64,000 bases of DNA from Acidimicrobiales bacterium (GTDB lineage: Bacteria > Actinomycetota > Acidimicrobiia > Acidimicrobiales > JACDCH01). The translations under genes were made by a program, and so were the position numbers. Each line of letters begins with the position of its first letter. The stretch's first letter is position 1. Positions 17,351-26,737 of this stretch are shown in pieces. The stretch lies in contig DATAES010000151.1 of the NCBI GenBank assembly GCA_036257895.1, positions 6,373-70,372 of the forward strand, read 5' to 3'. The notes under the pieces were generated by a model. That model saw only the letters and a program-made list of their open reading frames with translations. It was not told where the DNA came from and did no database searches.

Positions 17351-18757
17351 TCAGGCCTTTCGGATCTCGTCGATGCCCTCGAGCAGGCATGCATGGAACA
17401 CCTCCGGATCCGGCACTGCTGCCGGATCCGTGTTGACTGCGATCTGGAGCTCGTCCAGGTAGCTCAGCAACGCGATGTTGGCCGCGGCACCGGTCATCGG
17501 CGCGAACGCGAACTGCGCCTCCATCCGCGCGCCCGCGAAGTAGACGGGGACGGGAACACCCGGCACGTTCGTGGCGACGAAGTCGATGCCCTTGAGCATC
17601 GAGCCGAACACGCCGGTCGACACCGACGTCGGCAACCGGTAGAGCAGTCCGGCGAGTGGCTCGGTCAACGCGAGCGCGGGCTCGGCCCGCTGACGAAGCA
17701 TCAGCTCGCGCATGGCTCGCATGCGTTCGATCGGGTCGGCGATCGTCATCGGTATCGGGAACCGCGCCGGCGCGAACTGGTTGCCCGCGAGATCAGAGGT
17801 CTCGTCCGTGCGCACGTTGATCGGCATCGTCATGCGCAGGGCCTCGACCTCGACGCCGTGGCGATCGTGGTACCGACGCAGGCCGCCGGCGATCGCGGCG
17901 ATGAACGCGTCGTTGAGCTTGCCGTCGACCTTGCGTGCCGCCGCCTTCATCTCGTCGAGCGGGGCAACGATCGTGTCGAACCGCAGGCTCAACGATCGGT
18001 TGGTCATGAGTGGGCTCAGCGGCGCCGTCGCCGGAGCCAGCATCCGCGCCACCGAACTCGCCGTCTCACGCGCTCGGCTGAGGGCGGCGCTCGTATCGCG
18101 GCCCATCGCTACCGCGCCAGTCGTAGCGGTTCGCAACGATCGTCTCGCCATGCCCAGCTGCCGTCGTCCTTCGTGCTGCAGCGCGTCGATCACGCGCTCG
18201 CGCTGGCTCATCACGTGGACCGCGGGCGCGCTGGGGATCTCTCCGCGATCGAGCGGGGTGTCGCGCTCGAGATCGAACAGGTGCATGGCGATCTTCACTG
18301 CGCCGACGCCGTCGGTGATGGCGTGGTGGATCTTGATGATCAGACCGGCGCGTCCTTCGGCCAAGTCGTCGACGACGACGAACTCCCACAGTGGCCGCGC
18401 CCGATCGAAGCCCTGCATCGCGATCGGTTGCGCCATGTCGAGCAGGTCGCGCAGCGACCCGTCGCCTCCAGCGCGCGTCCATCGCAAGTGGTAATCGAGA
18501 TCGAAGTTCGGATCGACTTCCCACCTCGGTGGCGCGACGGACAGCGGGTTCGACATGACGCGCTGCCGTAGCCTCGGCACGAGCCGCGTGGCTCGTTCGA
18601 GGCTCTCGACGAGGCGCTCGCGGTCGGGCGACCGATCGAGCACGGCCACCGCGGTGATGGTGGACCGCAACTGTGGGTCCTTCTCGATCGTCCACATGAG
18701 CGCGTCCGCATCGCTCATGCGGTGCTCGAACCGCATCGACTCAGCCATCCCGTCCAT
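17351..18757 (-). CDS. Wax ester synthase/diacylglycerol acyltransferase (WS/DGAT)
   Basis: Catalytic HHAITDG motif and full-length family similarity. Start is ATG 18757, 18748 or 18736. Confidence 0.9.
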   Translation of the reverse strand: MDGMAESMRFEHRMSDADALMWTIEKDPQLRSTITAVAVLDRSPDRERLVESLERATRLVPRLRQRVMSNPLSVAPPRWEVDPNFDLDYHLRWTRAGGDGSLRDLLDMAQPIAMQGFDRARPLWEFVVVDDLAEGRAGLIIKIHHAITDGVGAVKIAMHLFDLERDTPLDRGEIPSAPAVHVMSQRERVIDALQHEGRRQLGMARRSLRTATTGAVAMGRDTSAALSRARETASSVARMLAPATAPLSPLMTNRSLSLRFDTIVAPLDEMKAAARKVDGKLNDAFIAAIAGGLRRYHDRHGVEVEALRMTMPINVRTDETSDLAGNQFAPARFPIPMTIADPIERMRAMRELMLRQRAEPALALTEPLAGLLYRLPTSVSTGVFGSMLKGIDFVATNVPGVPVPVYFAGARMEAQFAFAPMTGAAANIALLSYLDELQIAVNTDPAAVPDPEVFHACLLEGIDEIRKA

Positions 18758-18809
18758 TGTCGTGCGCGGGCCGAGTCGCTGCACGTTCCAGTCCTCCGTT
18801 CGCGCTCTG

Positions 18810-18858
18810 AAATTGCGTTCGGACTGGCCCCTATGCGGCCATCTCGCACGCCGAAACG
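18810..18858 (+). repeat. REP-like element, subfamily B copy 1
   Basis: aaattgcgttcggactggcccctatgcggccatctcgcacgccgaaacg. Shares the AATTGCG..TGGCCCCTAT.GGCCA..CGCACGCCGAAACG frame with the copies at 33925 and 55489. Confidence 0.8.
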
Positions 18859-18875
18859 CAGGAGTCATCACACGA

Positions 18876-20552
18876 TCAGCAGCGCACTCCGTCGGCCGGT
18901 TGGTAGAGCGCGGAAACCGAGTCGTTGTCCACGTGGCCGTCGACGTACGAGCGCACGCGTGGCGTGGTGACCCTCGTGCACACGCCACTCTTCGCATCCT
19001 GCGTGGTGCCTGCGCTCACGTCGACGTAGTGCGTCGAATACATGTGCACGGTCAACGTCGTTGCGTCGTACGTCGGCCACAGCAGGATCCCGTACGGGGA
19101 CGAGTTCTTCACCTTCAGATCAGGTGCGGGCCACGAGATCGTCGCCTCTCGTCCCCGCGGGTAGCGGCTGATGTAGAGCGAGTGCGACTGGTACGACACG
19201 AGGTCGAGTCCGGCGAAGAACGACGCGTTGAACAACGTGGTGGCGAACTGCGAGACCCCGCCGCCGATGTCGTGAGATTCGGTCGCGTTGTAGATGACGG
19301 GTGCGTCGACGAACCCTCGTGCCGCCGTGCGCTGACCGACGAAGTCGTTCACCGAGAACGTCTCGCCCGGCAAGATCACATGACCGCGCACGATGTCGGC
19401 GATGAGGTGGATGTTCGTGACGCGCGACTGGCAGCACGCGTGGTGTGTGGTCGGACCGAACATGTCGGGCTGGCCGACCTCCTCGGCGATCCCGAGCTGT
19501 TGCGCGGCCTCGGTCGTCAACTTCGGGCGCTGCGTCACGACGGACAGCGTGAGCGTCGGTGTGTTGGACTCCAACGCGGCGAGCACCTTTTGTGAAGCGC
19601 CGGGCTCACAGCATCCGGTTCCGTCCTGACTCGGATGCAGCACAGGTTTGCCGCCCTCGACACTGAAGCTGGCATCGACGGCGGGCTGAGCCGCGGCACC
19701 GAACAATGCGGTTACGCCGGCGACCGCCGCGGCATCATCGATGCCGACGGTGAGTGCACCGTCCTTCGGCACTGCGCGGAGCCAGGACGCGACGGCCGCC
19801 GGGTCGAGCGCCTTCGTCGCCGTGCCGAGCGTCATCGTCAGGGAGCGGTGCGCCAGCATGTTCGCCTGCTCCGCAACCCGCTGTGCATCCGCGTCCGTGA
19901 AGTGTGGTGCCAGCGCACCTTGTTCGACATGGACCTCGATCGGGCGCGTCGGAGACCCACTCGGTGCGGCGGCCACGAGCGCTTCGGCGAGTTGGTTCGC
20001 CTCGATCCCGATGCCCGGCTTCCCCGGGACGACTTCGACGGCGCCGGCCGCCGACGCCGCAATCGCGGGCTCGGTGGGATCGACGTGCGCGGCTCCCTCG
20101 AGTGCCCGCGCGCCGTCCGCGGCCACGGCGCGATCGACCTGGAACGCCGGTGCAACCTGGCGCGTCGAGAAGAGGGACGCGACCCATCCGACCGGCCGCG
20201 TGAAGACGTTGCCCTGCCGTCCGACCTTCATGACGGCGTCCACCGTGGCCGGCTGGTTCATGCCGAGACCGATGGCTTCGGCCGTCGTGTCGTAGCTCGC
20301 TGTCGGCGTGACGATGTGCACCGCGATGTTGCGGGCTTCGTCCGCCTGCCGGGTGACCTCCGCGGCGAGCTCGTCGCGAGAGTCTCCACCGACACCGTGA
20401 CCCCAGAGGGCGACGTTGCGGGCAACATCTCCGTCGTGTCCGCGGACATCGAGGCCCCATGCCGCGAGGAGCAGCGCCACGACGACGATCGGTGTCGCGA
20501 TCGCGATGATGCGTTTCCACCGCCGACGGCGAAACAGCTCGTGGCGGGGCAT
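18876..20552 (-). CDS. VanW-like domain protein, membrane anchored
   Basis: VanW core GETFSVNDFVGQRTAARGFVDAPVI..GGGVSQFATTLFNASFFAGL. TM helix IIAIATPIVVVALLLAAWGL. Start uncertain: ATG 20552, or upstream GTG/TTG codons up to 20600. Confidence 0.8.
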   Translation of the reverse strand: MPRHELFRRRRWKRIIAIATPIVVVALLLAAWGLDVRGHDGDVARNVALWGHGVGGDSRDELAAEVTRQADEARNIAVHIVTPTASYDTTAEAIGLGMNQPATVDAVMKVGRQGNVFTRPVGWVASLFSTRQVAPAFQVDRAVAADGARALEGAAHVDPTEPAIAASAAGAVEVVPGKPGIGIEANQLAEALVAAAPSGSPTRPIEVHVEQGALAPHFTDADAQRVAEQANMLAHRSLTMTLGTATKALDPAAVASWLRAVPKDGALTVGIDDAAAVAGVTALFGAAAQPAVDASFSVEGGKPVLHPSQDGTGCCEPGASQKVLAALESNTPTLTLSVVTQRPKLTTEAAQQLGIAEEVGQPDMFGPTTHHACCQSRVTNIHLIADIVRGHVILPGETFSVNDFVGQRTAARGFVDAPVIYNATESHDIGGGVSQFATTLFNASFFAGLDLVSYQSHSLYISRYPRGREATISWPAPDLKVKNSSPYGILLWPTYDATTLTVHMYSTHYVDVSAGTTQDAKSGVCTRVTTPRVRSYVDGHVDNDSVSALYQPADGVRC

Positions 20553-20661
20553 CCTCCACGATGGCACGACGACTGGCGCCGACTGCGTCACCGTCCACAA
20601 GATGAGCTAACGACCGGCGAGTGAAGACGCCGGACAGGTGCCGAGCGAGGGGACAGGACAC

Positions 20662-21567
20662 GTGGCAGGAATGTGTGAGGGCCGGATCTGCATCGTGACG
20701 GGCGCAGGTCGGGGAATCGGTAGGGAGCACGCACGGATGCTCGCAGCGCACGGCGCGAGGGTCGTGGTCAACGACCTCGGGGGAGAGATGGACGGCTCCG
20801 GCCGCTCGACCGGGCCGGCGCAGGACGTGGTCGACGAGATCGTCGAGGCCGGCGGCGAGGCGGTCGCCAACACCGACGACATCTCGGACTGGGAGGGCGC
20901 GCAGCGTCTCATCAACGCGGCGGTCGAGGCGTTCGACGGGCTCGACGTCCTCATCAACAACGCCGGCATCCTGCGCGACCGCATGCTCGTGAACATGACC
21001 GAGGAGGAGTGGGACGCGGTCATCAAGGTGCACTTGAAGGGGACGTTCGCACCCACGCGTTGGGCGGCGTCGTACTGGCGCGATCGCATGAAGGCGGGAG
21101 CGATCAACGACGCGCGGGTCATCAACACGTCTTCGGTCTCGGGCATCTACGGCAACCCCGGACAGACGAACTACGGCGCGGCCAAGATGGGCATCGGCGC
21201 GTTCACGATCATCAGCTCACTCGAGCTCGGTCGCTACGGCGTCACGGTCAATGCCATCGCACCCGCCGCGCTCACGCGCATGACCGAGAACCTCGGCATG
21301 GGTCAGGCCTCCGAGGAGGACAAGGAGATGATGTCGCCGCACTGGATCGCACCGGTCGCCACATGGCTGGCGTCGACCCAGTCCGCCGGCGTCACGGGAC
21401 GCGTGTTCGAGGCCTCCGGTCGTGTGTTCGGCATCGCAGAGAGCTGGCACCGCGGGCCCACAGCAGATCCGGTCGACGATCCGACGAAGCTCGATGCGAT
21501 TGCGCGTGGTCTGCTGGCCAAGGCCCGTCCCAACGCGGACATGGCCGGTCAGGACCGCAAAGGTTGA
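20662..21567 (+). CDS. SDR family oxidoreductase
   Basis: IVTGAGRGIGREHA, NNAGILRD, YGAAKMGIGAF. GTG 20662 has GAGGGGA 8 nt upstream; ATG 20671 is an alternative start. Confidence 0.9.
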   Translation: MAGMCEGRICIVTGAGRGIGREHARMLAAHGARVVVNDLGGEMDGSGRSTGPAQDVVDEIVEAGGEAVANTDDISDWEGAQRLINAAVEAFDGLDVLINNAGILRDRMLVNMTEEEWDAVIKVHLKGTFAPTRWAASYWRDRMKAGAINDARVINTSSVSGIYGNPGQTNYGAAKMGIGAFTIISSLELGRYGVTVNAIAPAALTRMTENLGMGQASEEDKEMMSPHWIAPVATWLASTQSAGVTGRVFEASGRVFGIAESWHRGPTADPVDDPTKLDAIARGLLAKARPNADMAGQDRKG

Positions 21568-22481
21568 TCCCCGCTCCGACCGGCACGATCACGCTCGCCG
21601 ACGGTCGCCGCCTCGCGTACGACGATGTCGGTGATCCGGCGGGCGCGCCGGTCGTGTACCTCCACGGATGTCCCGACTGCCGGCTCACGCGTCATCCCGA
21701 CGACGGCGTCGCGGCGCGCTGTGGTGTGCGGTTGATCGCGGTCGACCGTCCCGGCTATGGCGCGAGCGATGCCGATGACAATGGCGACGAGAACGCGCTC
21801 GCGGCGGACGTGGTCGCGCTCGTCGACGCGCTGGACGTCGATCGCTTTGCGGTGCTCGGTTGGTCGGCGGGTGGTCCGTGCGCGCTCGCGCTGGCGGCCG
21901 GGCATCCCACGCGCATCGCGGTCGCGGGCGTGGCCGCGGGACAAGTGCCGATCGAAGCGGATGCCGATCCCGAGGTACGCAACGCGCTCGATCCCGTGAT
22001 CGCGACCCGCAGTGACGTCCTCGCGACGATGAACCCGGACGCGTTCGCGGCGGAGGTCGCGCCGCTCGTGGCTTCGCGGGGCTTGACGATGGAGCTCGCT
22101 CGAGAGTTCGTCGTCGAAGGCAAGTCTCCCGAGTACTTGCGCGACCTCGACGCGGTCGAAGGTCTGCTCCATCAGCTCGCGCTCGGCATGAGTGCAGCGG
22201 TCGAGCACGGTCTCGCGGGCACAGAGCGTGACCTGTGCCGCATGGTGTCCTCGTGGCCGTTCGACCTCGCGGGGATCACGACGCCTGTGGTGCTCTGGTA
22301 CGGCTCGAACGACAGGGTGTTCGGTCCAGGGGCGGGACAGTGGCTGGCGCAGCGGATACCGGGCGCGCAGCTCGAAGTCGTCGAGGCATCACACCTGCTG
22401 CCTCTCGTACGGTGGGAGTCCATCCTCACCGTGCTCATCTCACATCTCGACCGGAGGGAAGAACATGCCACTCAACCATGA
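21564..22481 (+). CDS. Alpha/beta hydrolase
   Basis: Distal part of ORF 21009..22481. Nucleophile elbow GWSAGG. The TTG start overlaps the SDR stop (TTGA). Confidence 0.75.
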   Translation: MIPAPTGTITLADGRRLAYDDVGDPAGAPVVYLHGCPDCRLTRHPDDGVAARCGVRLIAVDRPGYGASDADDNGDENALAADVVALVDALDVDRFAVLGWSAGGPCALALAAGHPTRIAVAGVAAGQVPIEADADPEVRNALDPVIATRSDVLATMNPDAFAAEVAPLVASRGLTMELAREFVVEGKSPEYLRDLDAVEGLLHQLALGMSAAVEHGLAGTERDLCRMVSSWPFDLAGITTPVVLWYGSNDRVFGPGAGQWLAQRIPGAQLEVVEASHLLPLVRWESILTVLISHLDRREEHATQP

Positions 22482-23313
22482 CGCGGTCGGCGCTCGCGGC
22501 GAGCCCGGGGAAAGGAGCTGGAACTCGAAGGACGCCATCCTCTACGCCCTCGGCGTCGGCTGCGGCGTCGACGACCTGCCGTTCACGACAGAGAACACCC
22601 AAGGTGTCGAACAGCAGGTGCTGCCGACCATGGGCGTCGTGCTGCCGGTCGGTGGTCGAGGCGCGTGGGACGAGCTCGGCGACGTCAACTGGACGATGCT
22701 CGTGCATGGTGAGCAGGCCATCGAGCTGCACACGCCGATACCGGTCGAAGGGACGTGCCGGTCCGTTACGACCGTGACGGGCATCTACGACAAGGGATCG
22801 GGAGCGGTCGTCGTGACCGAGACGGAATCGGTCGACGCGAACACGGGCGAACCGCTGTTCACGACCCGCTCCGCCGCGTTCATCCGGGGCGAAGGTGGTT
22901 GGGGAGGCGACCGGGGGCCGAGCGCCGGCGACCGCCCCCAAGCGCCCGAGCGCGAGCCCGATCATGTCGTGAAGTACGAGACCGGTCGCGATCAAGCGCT
23001 CATCTACCGGCTCTCCGGGGACCGCAATCCGTTGCACTCGGATCCGGCGTTCGCCCACGCAGCAGGGTTCGACACGCCGATCCTGCACGGGCTGTGCACC
23101 TATGGCTTCACCGGTCGGGCGCTGCTCCACACGCTGTGCGGATCCGATCCCTCGAAGTTCAAGTCGATGGAGGGCCGGTTCAGCTCGCCCGTTTTCCCCG
23201 GCGACGAGTTGACGATCTCGATGTGGCTGACGGGCGACGGGGAAGCGATCTTCCAGACGCGCCGGCCCGGCGACGTCGTCGTGCTCGACAACGGGTTGTG
23301 CCGCTTCGGCTGA
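22465..23313 (+). CDS. MaoC-family (R)-specific enoyl-CoA hydratase, double hot-dog
   Basis: ATG 22465 is preceded by GGAGGG. Hydratase-2 motif YRLSGDRNPLHSDP. Confidence 0.9.
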   Translation: MPLNHDAVGARGEPGERSWNSKDAILYALGVGCGVDDLPFTTENTQGVEQQVLPTMGVVLPVGGRGAWDELGDVNWTMLVHGEQAIELHTPIPVEGTCRSVTTVTGIYDKGSGAVVVTETESVDANTGEPLFTTRSAAFIRGEGGWGGDRGPSAGDRPQAPEREPDHVVKYETGRDQALIYRLSGDRNPLHSDPAFAHAAGFDTPILHGLCTYGFTGRALLHTLCGSDPSKFKSMEGRFSSPVFPGDELTISMWLTGDGEAIFQTRRPGDVVVLDNGLCRFG

Positions 23314-23432
23314 ACAGCTCGCGCGTGGCCCGCCGCTTCGCTGCCGCGCGGCGAGGGAAGCGCCAGCGACGAGCCGCAGTCTGCGGAGGCAGGAGCGAAG
23401 CGACGCCCGGAGCAGACAGACAGGAACGCGCT

Positions 23433-24092
23433 TCAGAACAGGCGCAGCGTGTCGGACTCGATGCCGCGCAACTCGTCGTAGTCGACTTCGACCCACGTGA
23501 TGCCGCGGCTCTCCGCGAGCACGCGCGCCTGCGGCTTCACGACCTGTGCGACGAAGATGCCGCGCACAGGACGCAGCATCGGATCGAGATTCATCCGCTC
23601 GATGTAGCGGGCGAGCTGCTCGACGCCGTCGATCTCGCCTCGTCGCTTCACTTCGATCGCGACCGCGCCACCGTCGCCATCTCGGCAGAGCAGGTCGACA
23701 GGACCGATGTCCGTCGGATGCTCGCGACGGACGAGCCGCAGGCCGGTGGCGATCGCGGTGCAGTTCGCGGCGAGCAGTTCCTGCAGGTGCGCTTCGACGC
23801 CGTCCTTCTGCAGACCGGGGTCGGTGCCGAGTTCGTAGCTGACGTCCGACAGGATCTCCTCGATCGTGATGGTGAGGGTCTCACCCTTGGTGTTGGTGAC
23901 CGTCCATCCGCTTGGTTCCTCGACCAGCCGGTTGGGCGCGACCATCCAGTTGAGGGGCTTGTACGCACCGCCGTCAGAGTGAATCGACAGGCAGCCATCG
24001 GCCTTGATCATCAACAGCCTTGTCGCCATGGGAAGGTGAGCCGTGAGTCGCCCGTCGTAGTCGACGGCGCAACGCGCGATCACGAGGCGCAC
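23433..24092 (-). CDS. nucS: Endonuclease NucS (EndoMS), non-canonical mismatch repair
   Basis: 219 aa with full-length NucS similarity ([16 protein letters not shown]..., ..[28 protein letters not shown]). Confidence 0.95.
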   Translation of the reverse strand: MRLVIARCAVDYDGRLTAHLPMATRLLMIKADGCLSIHSDGGAYKPLNWMVAPNRLVEEPSGWTVTNTKGETLTITIEEILSDVSYELGTDPGLQKDGVEAHLQELLAANCTAIATGLRLVRREHPTDIGPVDLLCRDGDGGAVAIEVKRRGEIDGVEQLARYIERMNLDPMLRPVRGIFVAQVVKPQARVLAESRGITWVEVDYDELRGIESDTLRLF

Positions 24093-24143
24093 CGGCCGAG
24101 ACTACGGGACTTCCTGCCTGCCCACGGATGTGCGGGATGGTTG

Positions 24144-24190
24144 ACGCCCGGGCGTTTCACTACCCAGCCGGTAGTCAGACGCCCGGGCGT
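24144..24190. repeat. Twin-palindrome element (family D copy 1): ACGCCCGGGCGT-N23-ACGCCCGGGCGT
   Basis: Two identical perfect 12-bp palindromes at 24144 and 24179, 35 bp apart. The same arrangement recurs at 52036/52071. Confidence 0.85.
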
Positions 24191-24232
24191 CCTGCAACAC
24201 GTGCGCTCGCGATAGGGGCAGACTCTGGCCCA

Positions 24233-26737
24233 ATGGTGGACGCCACCAGGGCCGGCACCTTCGACCAGGCTGTGCATTCCACGCCGACCTTGCGCGTACG
24301 CGACGTCCACAAGCGCTTCGGACGGCTCGAAGTGCTCCGTGGCATCGATCTCCAGGTGTCTCGCGGCGAGATCCTCTCCCTGGTCGGGGAGAACGGCACG
24401 GGCAAGTCGACGATCGTGCATAGCATCGCCGGAACGTGGCTGCCGGATGGGGGCACGGTCGAGCTCGACGGTCGGCCGCTCTGCGCCTCCGACCCGCGGG
24501 TAGCCGTGGTGTGGCAAGACCTTGCGCTGTGCGACAACTTGAGCGTCGTCGCCAACTTGTTCCTCGGCGACGAGCGCCGCGACAGCTACCTCCTCGATGA
24601 GCGACAGATGATCGCGGAGGCCGTGGACCTCTTCGACGCGTTGCATCTCACGCCCGGCGATCTGGAACGGCCCATCGGCGAACTGTCTGGCGGGCAGCGC
24701 CAGCTCGTCGCCATCGCGCGCGCGGTGCGACGACGGCCGGAGGTTCTCGCGCTCGACGAGCCGACAGCGTCGCTCGGCGTGAACGAGACCGCGGTGGTCG
24801 AGCAGCTGTTGGCCGAGCTTCGTTCCCAGGGGACCGCCATCCTGCTGGTGTCGCACAGGCTCGATCAGGTCTTCGAGCTGGCCGACCACATCGCCGTGTT
24901 GCGCGACGGGCGCATCCTCGCCGTGGCCTCGCCGCGCGACGTCCATCCCGACGACGTGGTGGCGATGATGTCGGGCACCGAGGCGGTGTCGTCGGCCCGC
25001 CGCCAGCTCCGCCGGTTGCACAGCCTCGTCGAGCAACTCGCCGACGTCGAGCCTGCGGCCAGCCTGCCGCTCATCGTGTCGGCGATGGCCGAGGCCGTCG
25101 ATGTCGAGCAGCTGTGCGTGCACCTGCTGGACGAGTCGGGTGGCGAACCCCGGCTTCGGTGCTCGGCCACCGTGGGCCTCGATCTCGACGGTGTCGACGG
25201 GCTCGACCGACTCCGGCTCGGGGCGTTGGGCGGACCGCCCGGCGCTGCCGCGGCGGCTGCGTCCACGGTGATCGTCGAGGACACCCGCACCGACCCGTTG
25301 TGGTCGCACTGGCGGGGGCGCACGTTGGCGCAGGTCCGCAGCTGCTGGTCGATTCCCATCGTCGGCGCGGCCGGGGTGCTCGGCACCATCTCCGCGTTCG
25401 ACGACAATCCGGGTAGCCCGCAGCCCGACCAGCTCGAACTCGTAACGCTCTACGCGAGCCATGCTGCGGCGGCGATCGAGCGAGAGCGGCTCCTCGCTGA
25501 CGCGACGCGCCGCAATCGAATGCTCGAGACGCTCCGCGGCGTCCTCGACAAGCTGGCAGGGCCCCACCCCGCAGAGGGCGCGCTCGGCGTCGCGCTCGTT
25601 GCACTGTGTCGCGGCCTGGGAGCCGATGCCATCGCGCTGCATCCTGCGGGTGGCGAGAGCCTCGAGCTCGTGACCGCTGAGCTCGTGGACGGATCGGCGG
25701 CTGCGGCCGCCGATCGTCAGCGTGCCGCGGCGGCTTGTGTGCTGCGCAGCTACGACGACGTCGATCGTGCCCGGCCGGTCGGACCCGACGTCGTCGCCGT
25801 CCCGATCGCAACCCCAGATGGTCGGGCCGTTCTGACCGCATGGTGGGGCGACGCCGATCGGTTGTCGAGCGACGCACTCGATCTGTTCGACGACGCAGCG
25901 CGATCGTTGTCACTCGCTCTCGAACGCGAGGCGCTCGAGCGGGCGAACGCGGAAGCGGCTGCGCTGCGGAGGTCGCATCGACTGCAACGCGATTTCCTCC
26001 ACCGCCTCAACCACGAGCTGCGGACTCCTTTGACGGCGATCCAGGGATACGCCTCCACCCTGCGTCAGACCGATGTGAGCTGGGACAGCTCCGCGCAGGA
26101 GCGGTTCCTCGACTCGATCGCGGCGGAGTCGGCGCGGATGGGCCGGCTGGTCGGCGACCTCCTCGACTTCAGCGCGATCGACTCCGGCACGCTCAGGCTC
26201 GTGCGTGACTGGTGCAATCTCGAGCTCGTCCTCGAAGCGGCCCGCCGCTGCGTGGGAGACGGCACGTCTCCGGTCATCGAGCTCGCCCACGCTGCCGAGC
26301 TACCCGCGGTGTGGGCCGACCACGATCGGCTCGAGCAGGTCTTCGTCAACTTGCTCGACAACGCCGTGCGTCACGCGTCCGGTGTCACCCGGATCAACGT
26401 TCGCTCCTCGGTCGACCTCGACGCGGGCTCCGTCACCGTGCGCGTCGCCGACGACGGACGTGGCATCCCGGCTTCGCTGGTCGATCGTGTCTTCCTCCCT
26501 CGTGAGCGGGGCACGACCGACGATGCCGGCGCAGGTCTCGGTCTCGCCATCGCCCGCGGCATCGTGGTCGCACACGGCGGCACCATCTGCATCGACCGTC
26601 GCCGCCCCGGGACCACCGTCGTGGTCACGGTGCCGATCGATCCCTCCCCGCTCGACTCCAGCGGCGACGTCGTCGATCTCATCAACGCTGTCGCCGATCC
26701 CGTCTCGGTCGACCACGCCACCGACATGGTCGAATGA
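24233..26737 (+). CDS. Hybrid sensor histidine kinase: ABC ATPase (NBD) - GAF - GAF - HisKA - HATPase_c; no TM segment
   Basis: NBD motifs GENGTGKST, VVWQD, LSGGQRQ, VLALDEPT and VSHR. GAF-like CWSIPIVGAAGVLGTISAF..AAAIERERLL. H-box NHELRTPLTAI. N/G1/G2 boxes NLLDNAVRHA, DDGRGIP and GAGLGLAIARG. Start set at ATG 24233, where GC3 rises; the ORF opens at 24128. Confidence 0.85.
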   Translation: MVDATRAGTFDQAVHSTPTLRVRDVHKRFGRLEVLRGIDLQVSRGEILSLVGENGTGKSTIVHSIAGTWLPDGGTVELDGRPLCASDPRVAVVWQDLALCDNLSVVANLFLGDERRDSYLLDERQMIAEAVDLFDALHLTPGDLERPIGELSGGQRQLVAIARAVRRRPEVLALDEPTASLGVNETAVVEQLLAELRSQGTAILLVSHRLDQVFELADHIAVLRDGRILAVASPRDVHPDDVVAMMSGTEAVSSARRQLRRLHSLVEQLADVEPAASLPLIVSAMAEAVDVEQLCVHLLDESGGEPRLRCSATVGLDLDGVDGLDRLRLGALGGPPGAAAAAASTVIVEDTRTDPLWSHWRGRTLAQVRSCWSIPIVGAAGVLGTISAFDDNPGSPQPDQLELVTLYASHAAAAIERERLLADATRRNRMLETLRGVLDKLAGPHPAEGALGVALVALCRGLGADAIALHPAGGESLELVTAELVDGSAAAAADRQRAAAACVLRSYDDVDRARPVGPDVVAVPIATPDGRAVLTAWWGDADRLSSDALDLFDDAARSLSLALEREALERANAEAAALRRSHRLQRDFLHRLNHELRTPLTAIQGYASTLRQTDVSWDSSAQERFLDSIAAESARMGRLVGDLLDFSAIDSGTLRLVRDWCNLELVLEAARRCVGDGTSPVIELAHAAELPAVWADHDRLEQVFVNLLDNAVRHASGVTRINVRSSVDLDAGSVTVRVADDGRGIPASLVDRVFLPRERGTTDDAGAGLGLAIARGIVVAHGGTICIDRRRPGTTVVVTVPIDPSPLDSSGDVVDLINAVADPVSVDHATDMVE

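Noticed and set aside
23314-23432. Structured convergent intergenic region between the MaoC and nucS genes (CCGCAG-t-CTGCGG, and CGCTTCGCTGC...GCAGGAGCGAAGCG), considered as a bidirectional terminator or a fourth copy of the 61-bp unit.
   Set aside because: The stems are short or imperfect, and similarity to the 61-bp unit is patchy. It is mentioned under the tandem-repeat finding but is too weak to annotate.
24128-24232. A 35-codon N-terminal extension of the kinase ORF (MCGMVDARAFHYPAGSQTPGRP...), which would place the twin palindrome inside the CDS.
   Set aside because: About 60 percent of third positions are G/C in these 35 codons, against nearly all after ATG 24233. The NBD homology also begins only after 24233. 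The start is still not proven.
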